Below, piece by piece: positions 1-16,400 of a stretch of 64,000 nt of DNA (positions are counted from its first letter, which is position 1; every line of letters starts with the position of its first letter). Made by a program: the position numbers and the translations under genes. This DNA comes from Guillardia theta CCMP2712 (lineage: Eukaryota > Protista > Cryptophyta), in assembly GCF_000315625.1 (NCBI RefSeq), contig NW_005434610.1, forward strand, positions 170,265 through 234,264, in the 5' to 3' direction. The notes below the pieces were generated by a model. The model saw only the letters and a list, made by a program, of their open reading frames with translations. It was not told the origin of the DNA and did no database searches.

Positions 1-368
1 GCTCCCTGTTGAAGTTTATCCCTGTCGTTAGGTACTAGTCTGAGTATATGAACGCTACATTTAGCCTCTGATCGGATTCAGGCATGCTGCGGCAGTAGTA
101 ACGCTGTGCCGCCAGTAAGCCGCACTGCAGCCCTCTGCGGCACTCTGTTACAACTGAGGGGAGAAGCTGGACAAGATCCACCGTGACTCGAAGTTCAATA
201 GGGCTCCGGCTCGGCAGCCTGGCACTGACGGGGTCCGAGTCTCAATCAGGACTCCGGAGAGCCCCGGGCCGGGCCGCCGGGCGACCCCGGCCGGCCCGGG
301 GAGTTCTAGTGTAGGACAAAAGATGCGATAAGGGTGTCCAGCAGGAGGTAAGAAAGTGGGACAGGAGG

Positions 369-3899
<3,531 letters not shown>

Positions 3900-4450
3900 T
3901 TGCATAATTATAAGCATTATACATAATTATATGATAAAAAATAAAAATAAAAAATGACCAGTCGGAGTAAAACAGAGTTGACTAATTTCGGAACGTCATG
4001 TCGAGAAGGCGAAGGGGAAGGAGGAGGGGGGGGAGGAGGAGAAGGGAGGTTGAGGGTAGTGAAGGGAGTTAAGAGTAGGATAAGTAAGAGAAAATGGTCA
4101 GAGATAGAGGAGCAAGTGGAAGCATGGGAGAAAGTGGGGGAGGACGAAGTAGTTGAACGCAAGTTAGAGGAAGAAGTTGAAGAGGAAGTATGGGGAAAGG
4201 AGGAAGGTCCTGCGCTTCTTATGGTGAACCAGACCAAAGTGCATGCTGAAGTGTCTTACATTTGCGTGTGGTCTTGCTTTACTTGTGGAGAAACTAGAGT
4301 TCTTTGCGGAGATCGTTTGACAGCTTAGCACTCAGGGGGTCTTACTGGAAATCTTGTCGTTTTGCTTTGCATGACTTGTACTCAAGCTCGGGATATTAGC
4401 TGACATATGTCACAGTGCATGATCAAGATGAGCAGGACCTGAAGAAGAGG

Positions 4451-6210
4451 ATGGCGTTTGCTGCCGAACCTCCCCGCAAGAGGGACATGAAATATCACGA
4501 GGACGACAATAAAGAAGTTCAAGAGACTGCTCTGAAGAGAGAGCTTGATGTGTTCGATCTCACAATCATCGGTGTCGGAGGGATCGTGGGAGCTGGGATC
4601 TTCGTCCTCTCCGGGCAAGCAGCAGCCATGTACGCGGGCCCTGCGGTGGTTCTTTCCTTTGCGATCGCAGGAGGGTGTTGTACAATCTACGCTCTGTGCT
4701 TTGCCGAGCTCTCCACCATGGTCACAGACACTGGGAGTGCGTACACGTACGCTCGTCTCGCCTTCGGGAATTTTGTCGGGTGGATCGTGGGATGGTCGCT
4801 GGTGGCAGAGTACTTGTTCTGTGTCTCTGCTGTCTCGGTGGGATGGAGCGGTTATGCGAGCGAGATCTTTCAGCAGCTGGGAGTTCCTCTGAGCTCCCGA
4901 TGGAGTACTCCACCCTTAGCCTTCGACGAGAACCACAACATCTACTTCACTGGTGCTGTGCTCAACGGCCCTGCTGTCTTCCTCGTCGTCTTCGCCTCCA
5001 TCATCGTTGGGCTCGGCGTCAGGATGTCAGCCATCGTTGCCAAGGTCAGCGTGCTGATCAAGCTGGGGGTGATCGCGACGTTCCTTGCCTGCGGCATGTT
5101 CTTCATCCACGGAGAGAACTACAGCCCCTTCGTTCCCGAGAACAAGGAGGGCGACTTCAAGGACTTCGGGCACTTCGGGTGGTCAGGAGTCTTGAGAGGG
5201 TCGAGCATTGTATTCTTTTCCTACGTCGGTTTCGACGCCATTACTACAGCAGCATCAGAAGCCAAAGATCCGAGCAACGACCTTCCCAACAGCATCTTCT
5301 TGAGCCTGGGGATCTCGACTGCGCTCTACATGCTGGTCCGCTTGCCCTATTCCTCATGCTTCCTGCCCTCTGCCTCCTCCTGCTTCTTTTCTCCTGCCTG
5401 CTTCTTGCCTTGAGCGAGCTATTGACTCCTCTCTACAGGTCGCCTTCGTCATGTGTGGCCTCGTCTCCTACACAGCCCTGGGAGTTGCCGACCCCATTCT
5501 CGTCGCCGTCAAGGCTGCAGGCCCGGGGCTGTCCTGGCTTGTCCCCCTCATCGCCGTCGCCGTTGTAGTCGGGCTGCCTGGGGTTGTGGTGGTGTCGCTC
5601 TATGCTGTGACCCGCGTGCTCTACGTCATGGCGCTTGACGGAATGCTCCCTCGGCAGTTCCAGGAGGTCAACGAGACCTTCAGCTCCCCGATGTTCAGCA
5701 CGGGCTTTGCTGGAGTGCTTGCTGCCATCATCGCTGCCTTGTTCCCCATCTCGGCCATCGCTGAGTTTGTTTCCATTGGCACCCTGCTGGCCTTTGCTGT
5801 CATCTGCTATGCTGTCGTCTCCTTGAGGGAGAAACGCCCCGACATGCCGCGCAACTATCGCGTAATCCTCCTCCCCTCTCCTTCCCCCTTCTTCGTGCGT
5901 CCGCCTGACCTTTGTCGTCAGGTACCTTTCTCACCCTACCTGCCTTATGCAGGCATGGTCATCGCTGTTTCTCAGGTTTGACCTCCTGCCACCCTCCATC
6001 GCTCCTTCTGCACGTTCCTCTTGCACGTTTGCTCCTCTTCTCTCTCATTTTCCCTTGAACTTCCTGTCGTGACTTGCGCAAAAGATCCTCTTCCTCCCCT
6101 GGATGGCGTGGGTGCGGATGTTGTTCTGGATCTTGATGGGCCTCGTCATCTGGTACTTCTATGGAAACCGTGTGGAGGAGAAGCCATACTCCTACGATCG
6201 GGTAGAGTAA
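4451..6210 (+). CDS. APC-superfamily (cationic amino acid transporter-like) permease, multi-exon
   Basis: LKRELDVFDLTIIGVGGIVGAGIFVLSG, AGPAVVLSF, GSAYTYA, FFSYVGFDAITTAASEAKDP, RVLYVMALDGMLP, SIGTLLAF; last exon ends ...YSYDRVE* at 6210; start codon uncertain. Confidence 0.92.
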
Positions 6211-6372
6211 GATATCAGAGCGAGTGCAAACAAAATCTTGGGGCTGAAACAAGGGAGAGGTGAGTAGGAAGGCGAGAGGCAAAGGGATACAGAGCATGAG
6301 CAGCGAAGCGTGAGCAGCGCATGCCTTGATACCTAGTCTCTTCCTCCGCTTGCTCCATCCCCTTCAGCTCCC

Positions 6373-9300
6373 TTACCAATGCTGGACCCCTCGAATGAAG
6401 AGCTGCTTCAGCTTGCTCATCAGCTTCCAGTCCTCACTAGTCATCTCCTCCGCGAAGTGATCTTTCATTGCCTGTATCCCGTCCCGGGTGATCTTGCTGT
6501 AAAGTTTCACCTTGTGATCGAACTGCCGCCCATAGAGGATGTGTGACTGCTGGTCGTTGCTGGGCTCGATCTTCACTGCGACGCTCATCCCGACCTTCGC
6601 CACCTTCACCTCCTTGTGGTTGTTCTGGATGGACGTCACTTTGCCGATCTCTAGAAAGTTGAGCTCAGGAATGCAGAGAGGCGTTCCAACCTGCCAGATG
6701 ACAGTTGAGTCTGAGCCGCGAGGAGGGGGGGGGGGGGGGGAAGGGGGGAAGGGTCAGGTGAGGGCGAGGAAGAAGAGGGAGAGAGCTAAATGTGAGCTTG
6801 ATCAGTGGGAGGCATGAGGGAGAGGCAAGAATCAGTGAGGCAGGAGAAGAGGTAGCAGGGCAGGGGGAGAAGGAGGTACAAGAGGAGGGAACATGAGACG
6901 GGGAGCAGGGGAGCTAGAATGGAGTACCTTGAGCGAACCCTCCTTCACCTCACAACCGAGAATGATCGGATTTCTCTTGTTGAACACGTTCTTTGGGATG
7001 ATACTGAGGATCACAGGGAAGACGGCGACGCCATTGGAGTACAGCTGGACAGGTTGTCATGCACGGAGCGGGTGCGGGGTGACTTGACCTGCTCCCTCTT
7101 TGCCGCCTTCTTCTCCTCCATGAAACTCTTGAACTGATCGAAGAGATGGTAGATGATGTTCGCTGTAAAGATCTTGATTCCAGCCTTCTTTGCAAGCGCC
7201 TCTGCCTCAGGCACAATCTGCTCGCTGTCAGCTCCGTTGCTTCCGCTTCCTCCTGCTCACCTTCACATCGAAGGCCAAGATCATGGCCAGGTCTGGCGCT
7301 CGTTCGAGCATTGCACTGCATGAGATTGAGAGGAAGCAAACGCATAGATGTCGATCACAAGTGACAAGAACAAGAGGACGCGACAAGACATAGCAGTCGC
7401 ATCAAACACCCACCACGATGTTCAACTCTCCCACATCATCTCAACAAGGGACAAGATCTTTCCAACCTGGCTCGGATGACATCTTTCTTGTGCACGGGCC
7501 CGATGTTGATGGAGGCAACAGGAATGCTCGAGTTGTGCAGGAAGTCCAAAAGTGCCTCCAGAGCTCCCAAGGTCGATGCCTTGGAAAATGTCAGTCTGAT
7601 AACTCCTTCCTCCTCCTCCTCCTCCCTCCATCTGCTTGCCAACCACCTCCCTTCACCTTACTCTTTACCCCCCCCCACCCCCCCCCATTCTTCTCCCAAC
7701 TCCTTTCTCTTCACTCCCTCCTCTTCACTCTCCCCTCCTCTGCCCTTCCTCGCATGTTACCTGGACATGAACACCTTTCCCGGACTTGTCCACGTCTTTC
7801 TTCAGCTCCTCAAGGTCTTCCATCACCGAGCTGGGAAATGTCAATCGCCGCCAACAGTACCCTCCTCCCACCTCTTGAGCTCCTCTATATCATCTTCCTT
7901 CTCCAGTCTGAGCAGCGACGTTCCTGAGAGCGAATCAAGACTAAGACGTCTCCTCGCCCTTGTCACCTGCTACTGCTCCTTCCAGACCGCTCGCTGCAAT
8001 CTTCACGCCCATGGCGGCCTGCAGACTTGATGTCACGGGCGGGAGAGCGACGGCCATGCTTGCCTCTATGCTCTTGTGGTGGACATACTCGTTCTTCACG
8101 CGCAGTTCTTTCATAGGGTGAGGAGTGAGGAGAGTCCTGATGGTCGTGACGATTGGGCCCTGCATGCCGCAAACCACAATCGTGTCGCCCTCGTGCAGCT
8201 CTCCATGGACTGCCGAAACGACCGGCGTCAGCATCTGACACTCGAGGAGGGGAAGGAACCAAGGATAATATCGAGCGTGGTCCCGAAGCCTTCCGTCACT
8301 TTGACCTTTGGTGAAACTTCAGTGGGGAGGAAGAGGAGGAGAGGAGGAGAAGCAGAAGTGAGAGGAAGCGAAGGGAGTTGCCAGGACGAGCAGCGGAAGG
8401 CGATGAGCAGACCTCAAGAACCGTCGCCTCAAGAGCTTCGCTGAGCATCAATCTGAAGGGAACGTTCAGCGAAGAAGGGACGGTGAGTGGGAATATCGAC
8501 CTGTCGACCAACATCTTCTGGGTCAACTGGATGCCGAGGAGGAGGAGATCAGGGACGCCTTCACCGGTGATCGCCGATGTTGGAACCACCGAGACCACCT
8601 GCGACAAGCAGAAGTGAATATGCACGCGCAACCAAATCAATCTGTTTGTGACTAGGAGAAATTGATGGCAATCGCCAGTTCTTACTTTTCTTGGGTTCTT
8701 GTTCTCGTAGTAGAGATCAGCATTCAATCCCTGGCTAGCTATCTCTCCCTTCATTGGGTGTTACCATCCACTGAGTATCCGTACTTCAATCACCTTAATC
8801 CCTTGCCACCTGCTTTCAAACTCTCTGACTGTATGGCTCTTCTGCTTGGCTAGCGTATCCTGTCGATGAAGCGATATTACAATGAAAGGTTGGCTCCAGC
8901 AGGACAAGCAGCACCTGTATCGGAGAATCTTTGTTCGGCTGCCAATCATAGCATCTGATCTCGAGTTACAACGTCTTTGAGTGTTCAAGAACATGGAATG
9001 ACCGATCGATCTTGTTCAAGGCGACAAGAAAAGGGCACCTCCTCCTCTTCAACAGCTGCAGAAATTCAGCACGGAAATCTCCGACACGCCTTCCCAGTCA
9101 CCTGCAGAGATTCGATCGTCTGGGGCTCCAGCCCGTGCATGATGTCGACAACGAGGACGCAGATGTCGCAGATCGAAGTTCCTCGTGACCGGAGGTTGCT
9201 GAACGATTCGTGTCCGGGGGTATCGATCACCAGCAGCCCGGGAATCTTGTAGTCGACCTTAACAGAATGGGACACCTGATCCGTGAGCTTGCGCAGGTTT

Positions 9301-10084
9301 GTCATGGGGAAGAACGTCGCGCCAATCTGCTGTGTGATCCCTCCCGCCTCTCCCTCTTGCACGTTGGTCTTCCTTACTTTGTCCAACAACTTTGTCTTTC
9401 CGGTGTCCACATGTCCCAGTACACAGAGGATGGGCGACCTCAATCTGGCAAGATTCGTCAGAGAGCTGAGAGAGGCGAACAAGATCATCGAGAACAGTCC
9501 TTTCACCTGTCTTTGCTTCTCGCTTGCTTCGCGTCTTCCTTCCTTTGCAAACGATCCTGCTTCGCTGCTTCGATTCTTGCCAGCAGTGCCTCGTCGACCT
9601 GCGCACTTTCCTCCTCGTCGCTCTCCTCCTCCTCGCCTTCTTGCTTCCTCCTCCGCTTCTCTTCCTCTTGTTTCCTGGCTGCCAGCAATTCCTCTGGTAT
9701 CTTGTACTTGTCGTCTGTATTGAGATACTGGATGTCCTGTGTCAATTCCTCCAGGTCGACCGCCTCTTCCGCCTCCTGCGTGTTCGCTCCTGCCACGTCC
9801 TGATCGTCACTGTCGTCTGATGAAACATAGCTCGATGTCCCCAGCTCCGACGAGCTCTCCCCTTTTGCTGCTCCTCCCCGCAACCGCAGTCGCGCCGAAG
9901 ATGAAAGCTGTGAAAAGTCGTTCAAGAAACGCTGCGAGGTCGACCCTGAGGAGACGATTCGAGGAAGATGGATGCCAACCTTGTGCTGCGAACTCTCAAG
10001 AAGCGTTGTGCATCCAACAAGCAGCAAGATTGCAACGGAAACGTAAAACTTGCTGTGCGCGTCCACGGCGAATTCCCGAAACAT
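6373..10084 (-). CDS. eIF5B: Eukaryotic translation initiation factor 5B with an N-terminal signal-peptide-like presequence, multi-exon
   Basis: [84 protein letters not shown]...SKITR...DWKL (eukaryotic-type C-terminus). Confidence 0.95.
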
Positions 10085-11322
10085 ATTAATCGAACTATGT
10101 GGAGGAAAACTCTGGGAACTCGGAGACCGGCTGAACCATCAGACGCTGCGAGCAAGATCAGGTTGCAAGAATGAACACCATCGATGAAAGAGCTTCAATC
10201 CACTCTCTCTTCAACTTCTATCAAGAATGTGTGGGAGCACCAACTCAAACGGGTTAGAGATAGCGGTCGTGAATCAATGACTTTCGGCTTTCGTCACCCC
10301 AAGACTAAGAGCATTTTGTCTTCCAGAGCATCAAAAAGCCGTCCCTCATGTACTGTCTCCTTTCTACCATATCTTTCATGCATCGAAAGTACATGATCAC
10401 TTGGCCCCCGTATCGCCCTCAGCAATCATTCCATCCCTCTCTGGAGTTCTTCACTTTCATGCTCATCCCCTTTCTCTAGCACTGTTCAAAGGACATCTTT
10501 CATCCTAATCCTTATTCTCCTCCTCCTCCTCCTCCTCCTCCTCCTCTCGTAACGGCGATCGCATTTCATCGATCCTCATAGCGACCGCCCCCGCAAGTAC
10601 CCCCACCCCCTCTGACCAGTTTCAGCCAACAAAATCTTTCCTACCCCACTTTGAGTTAATCCACCTACCACTACCACCAACGACATTACTATTGAGCACC
10701 CGTCCTAGACTACCCATAGATACAATATACCCCACCACTTTGTATCCACCCCAGCTTTCTCCCCACCCCGTCTCCTGTAGGGAATTCTGGTGAAATGCAA
10801 GGGTGCTTCGAGCTATTGCCTGCTACTCCCCCCACCCACCCCCACCCCACCCTCCTGATGAGGTAGGCTAAGCGTTTCACGCCAGGCCCAGAGGTCCAGA
10901 TGTCCAGATCCCGTGGTACTAACTTTACTCAATAAATTTGAAATCATCTGGACCAATGGCATAAAAGAGAATTATATTTCCAAAGGTCGAGATGGTGAAC
11001 CGTTGTGGTCGAGTTTGTCAGCAGGGTGATTGCACCCTCATACCCATGCTTCCCGCCCTTCCCTTCCTGCCTTGCTGTGTACCCCGTGCGGACTCCAGTG
11101 ATGAAGCTCGAGTTTGCCATTAGCTCGAGCTAATGGCAAACTTGAGTACCTTGAGTACCTTGAATCCCTGTCGCATGATGACGAAAGTATTCTGGAGACA
11201 TGGACACGTTGTGAGATGCTTCTGTTGATGTGCAATGTGACGGGCAATGACGAGAAAGCGCCTGAACTGGGGGGAATGGGTGGAGACCCTATTGGACAAG
11301 GAAGTCATTCTTCGCCTTTAAC

Positions 11323-11925
11323 GTGCAGGCCGTGTGTGATGCCAATCGAAAGGGTGCAGCCCTAGCAAGAGATGGCAGAAACATTGGAAATGGAATGTAT
11401 ATAGTTGGAGATGCAGCATACAAAGGAATTCCTGGAATAATCACTCCTTTTGATGGATCAAAGCTCCCAATTTGGCAAGACAGTTATAATTTTCATCAAT
11501 CTCAAATCCGGACTAACATTGAGTGCGCATTCGGAATGTTGAGGAACAGATGGGGAGTGTTCTGGCGTGGATTACGCACAGACTCACTGGAAATTGCAAG
11601 CACTAGTGTGAGTGTATGTTTGCAATTGCACAATTTTATATTAGACATGGATGGAACAGATGCCGATCCTCTTGAGGAAATTATTGTAGAATAGGAGTAC
11701 TGCTCCCCCGTGCCATGCCAGGACAGATTGTCAGAACAGCATCGACCTATCTTGAATGAAAACGGTGGTCCAGCTGATTTTTGGTCGAGTTCTCCCATCA
11801 ACGCCATGGTTACTGACGAGTTTGACAGTGTCAGTATCAGGAACAGTCTAGTTGAAACACTGCAAAACATGCAGATACCAAGACCATCCTGGAATCAAAG
11901 GCCGCCGCCAGATTCTTCGATGTAA
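11323..11925 (+). pseudogene. Truncated Harbinger (HARBI1/DDE_Tnp_4) transposase
   Basis: NVQAVCDA, IVGDAAY, TPF, YNFHQSQIRTNIECAFGMLRNRWG motifs; the GSxHD segment is missing between CDA and GDAAY; in-frame TAG at 11692-11694 with the same frame continuing to 11925. Confidence 0.85.
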
Positions 11926-11961
11926 AAGGTCATTACTGGATCATTCAGAGAAATAAATTTT

Positions 11962-12462
11962 TTATGTCATACCTTGCATAGACGCAGCAGCTAATGCATT
12001 ACGTCTCGCTCTGATTTCTTGAAGAGAAATTTTGATTTGCGATATTTCATCCTTGAGGGTCTCAGCAATCACATGGTCAACATTAGAGCCATATGACTGC
12101 AACTGATTGGTGATATTTAACAGGTCGTTACGTCGAAGACTCTCCTGCTTGCCCAACTCTGTTATCTGTCTCTCTGTCTCCGTTTGTTTCAGACGATTCA
12201 CCACTTGCTGAGATGTTGTGTCGTCATCGTCGTGTTTCACAGAGATGTTCTTTTGAAGAACGTTTTCCTTCTTGGAGGAAGATTTGCCGAACTGAAAGTC
12301 TTCCCTTGAAGGCTTTGAACGATACCTCTTGCGAACCAAATGACCTTTGTCATTACCGGACATATCCTTCATGAGTGGCTGATCAAGTGGATATCCACAA
12401 TCATCCTTAGGTGATTCAGGAGAGGTACCAATGGCAGCAGATTGACTGCAATGCTCTGGCAA
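11962..12462 (-). pseudogene. Remnant of the second Harbinger gene (accessory protein, coiled-coil C-terminus)
   Basis: ORF inside the TIRs, convergent with the transposase; Harbingers carry two genes; no Myb motif recognised. Confidence 0.4.
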
Positions 12463-13494
12463 GCCCTTACCATCATCATTGATAGCAAAACTTCAACCAA
12501 CATGACGAGCACAAACGATGGTGACATACATGTGCAGAGCAGAAACGATGGTGAGATACATGTGCAATCATGGAACCGGCAGGGTCGATTGGTTGGCAAC
12601 ATTGCGCACAGACAGTGAACCCTCTGCCTGACATGAAGTTCTGCGCGGCCGTACCGATACCGGCCAAAGCCAGGTAGGGGAAGGGCCGGACATCAAATGT
12701 ACCTAGTCCAAGCTCCGCACTATGCCGTAATACATATCTAGGTATTTAGACGATGGCTAACCTTGCCTATACCACCCAACCTAAACGACGGGCTCGGGCG
12801 GGAAACGACCGTGACTGGATCGTGATAATTTCATATTTAAAAATATGTATATTTGAAATTTATTTGAAACAGGTTCTGGGGATCTGGACCTCTGGGCCTG
12901 GCGTGAAACGGGGTCAGCAGAAGTCAGGATAGGTGGGTAGTTGTAAACCAGGGGGGTAGGGTTATATTCCTAGAAGGAAGGGTTCTTTTTGAGAATGTAG
13001 GGTGGGGTACTGTACCGCTGAATCTGACTGTTAAATGGGTGGGTACTGACATGGAGTTTTTTGGGTAGGGGTGATCAATGGGAGCGTGAGGAAGGGCAGA
13101 GCGCGGGAAATGTCGGATTCTGCGAAAATCAGGTGAAGAGAAGAGAGGAAATGGAAGGGGGAAGGGATAGAAGTGAAGGAGAAGATAGGGGCAGAAGGAA
13201 TGGCGGACGGGAAGGTAGGACGGCAAGGTAGGACGGGGGAGAGGAGGAGAGAGGACAGGTTCAAGTCAAGCTGACAAGAACGAAGAAGTTGGACAGCAAC
13301 AGATTTCAGCAGATGATAGCTTCACGAGAATAGTCGAAGGGCGAGAGAAACAGATTTTTGAGCAAAGCACATGGGATCTGGGAATGGAGATTGATCAAGC
13401 TTATGGAATCAGAACGGAATAGCCGTGGGGTTGTGAAGCAGGACAAGATGAGAAGCAGATTATGAAGGGCTATGATGCCTAAGTTGATGATCTC

Positions 13495-16400
13495 ATGGAG
13501 ATTTGCTTCATGCCACCACGACATTGTGTGACTTCCTACTTTGACAGCCCAAAATTTCTGAATTTTGCTACTCCGACATTTCGTGGGATCTGTTCCAGAC
13601 TCCATTTTCCCCTTGTCGGGGAAAGGAAATCCGACAAAAAAGCTATGGAAGAGGAATGTGGTAGAGAAGAGGTTGAAATGACACCCGACTGTAACTCGTG
13701 TGTTTCTGCCGTCGGAAACCATGAACAGTCTCGTCAACACAAGTCAGATGTAGCGATGGAGGACAGTACTCTGAACAACAGTGTTTCTGTATCCTTGAGG
13801 TTTGAGAATATGGTTGTCAGTCCTCCAACACAGATCAAAGACAAACGCAAGAGACGACGTCCTGGAGCGCGGGACCTCGACCTTTTCACTCTGACTGACA
13901 AGTCAAAGAAGGCTCGTGGATCACCTTCCTTACGTGAAAGAAGAGAATGTGAAACATCTACAGAAGATTCGAAAAGCATGGATCCTGCTAACATGATGGA
14001 ATCTCCATGTGTCAACAACCCAGTATCGAATTCGAGGGTTAAGCTCAAATTTGGAATCGAGGACCTTGTGCTTCATGAGAATTGTAGCATGGACTTTAGT
14101 GACGAGAGCCCGGAGAAAAAATTGATTTGCATCAAATTCAAGAGCGAAGAACAGATCCATTTCTTTTATGTGTATGGTTTTGCAGTGACTCCGGATTTGT
14201 ATGCTCAAGATTCATATTTTGTTACTGATGGCAAAAGAGTTTTTGCAATTTTTCTACATCCCAACAAAAGAATTACAGACAAGAATCTTGTAGTTTTTGC
14301 AGACGACTCTTGGGCAATTCTGAAGGTAACAGACTTCTTGATAGAACCTATGCAACCTCCATTGCCATCTCCAGCCAAGCTCAGAACCAGACAAACCAGA
14401 CAAAGTCAGGATCTCTGTTCACTACTTCGCGGATGCGTGGTACTTCCACGTTTTCAATCTTTCGTTTTCTCGTGTTGCCAGGGAGAACAAGCAACTATTT
14501 TGTACAGATTCAAAGATCAATGGAAGAAGGTGATCATTGACAAAAAGGAAAAGAGGAGTTCTTACTTCGTCGTTCTGGAAGATGGAAGCAAAACTAAAGT
14601 CAGAATGCTAGAATCAAAATACTTGAATGCGTCGGATCTTGGCACGAAGTTGAAAAGCAAACATGGAGTGGATGATGACATGGGACGATGGTTCGCAGTG
14701 TTCAACTTGTCATCAGTACTGCAAAATCCCTCCTTTTTTGATTTCGATGTTCGAGGAGAGTCTCAGTCTCTTGTAAAACTTGAAGAACCTGATGATTCAG
14801 ATGTTTCTGGTGCAGCATTCGCATCAGAATCTGACGTGGAATTTCAATCACCTCCTAGATCTGCTCAAGGAAAAAGGAGAGTAAGTCGAAAACATCATGG
14901 ACGTGATAACAAAATTTCAAAACTCCAGGAAGAGATCACTCCAACTCCCGATGAAGGCTTATACGAGATTGTTGAGTTTTTTGAAGAAACCGATGCTGCG
15001 GAAGTATCAGAATCTAGAACGGACCTGATGGAATTCGACGAATCTCCGATAGAAAATCGCAAACCAGATTTTGCATCAGTGCCGTACATGTCGGACATTC
15101 CACCTGAAAGGCCTCAATCTCCTTGTCAACACGACGCAAACGTGTTAACAGAATCACAAGAGATCGGACCGGCAGTCAATGATCAAGAATCATTGAAAAT
15201 CAATCATGAAGTCGAGCATTCAATCAAAGAGGATCATCAAAGTCCATTGGAAGACGATAATCAAAACGTTCTGGAAGATGATCGTGTTGGAATATTGGAC
15301 GATGAAACTGACACAATACCGGGAGGGGATTATCCAAGTGTATCACAGAATGATGATGCAATGGTGTTAGAAAGGACAGGAGCTGTACCGGAGAAGTATG
15401 GAGAAGCTTCATCTGAAAACAAGACACAAGCTGTATGTGAGAACAACAATGGAAATGTTCTGAAGAACCAAGAAGAAACTGTTAATCTTTTGAGGAACCA
15501 AGACGAAACTGTATTCGTCAATGACAAAACTCAAGAAGTCGAAAGTGAGAAAACGCAGCAAACTGCATTGGAGGAGACAGCTGACAATGTATCAGAGCAG
15601 TTGCAACAAGGGGTATCGGGCAAACCAGAGACTGTAACAGACATGACACAAAATATTTCATTGGAGAACACGCAGGAACCCATATCGCTGAGTGCGCAGG
15701 AAACTGTATTGAAGAACGAAATGCAGACTGTATTGGCGAAAACACAAGAGACTGCATCGGATAGAACAGAAGAGAAGCAAGAATCTGGATTGGAGAAGAT
15801 ACAAGAATGTGTATCGCAGAACATCGAGGATAACGTGCAAATCGAAGACAACAACCAGCACGATGAAAAAGTTGAAATGTTCTGTAAACCAGAATGTGTC
15901 TCGGAGAACAACGAAGAAAAGGAAATGAGGAACAATGATGAGATTGTATTTGAGATGCCACTCGAGACAATGATAGATGAGAACGAAGAAACGGTTCATC
16001 GAAACAACGATGTGATGGAGAACAAAAATGATTGTGATTTCAAGGAAAAGGAAGAACATTCGTGCGACGATAAGTCTATGGAAATACTAGAGGATGAAGC
16101 ACCCGAAAACACACATGCGATGGCGTGCGATGCAAACCTGGATGAAGAGCCCGCACACAAGAAGATGTCTGTAAGGGACGAATTGTTGATTTATCCTGTG
16201 GACCAGCGATTTCTCAACGAAGTGGAAAAACAGTTCGACTTAACGAGAATGGTTGGTTCGGGAACTTTTGGGGAGGTTTATGAGGCGTACGATAGGGTGA
16301 ATCATCGCAAAGTTGCAATCAAACGATTGTTTCCCTATCAGACTCTTGATGCCCACAAGAAGGAGGCTGGGTTCATATCAAGCCTGAATGGCAAACCCAA

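Larger units (their letters stand above)
10873..12910. mobile_element. Decayed PIF/Harbinger DNA transposon with 29-bp terminal inverted repeats
   Basis: TIR cgtttcacgccaggcccagaggtccagat at 10873-10901 and its exact reverse complement at 12882-12910; internal DDE_Tnp_4-type ORF and a convergent second ORF; no clean TSD seen. Confidence 0.88.
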
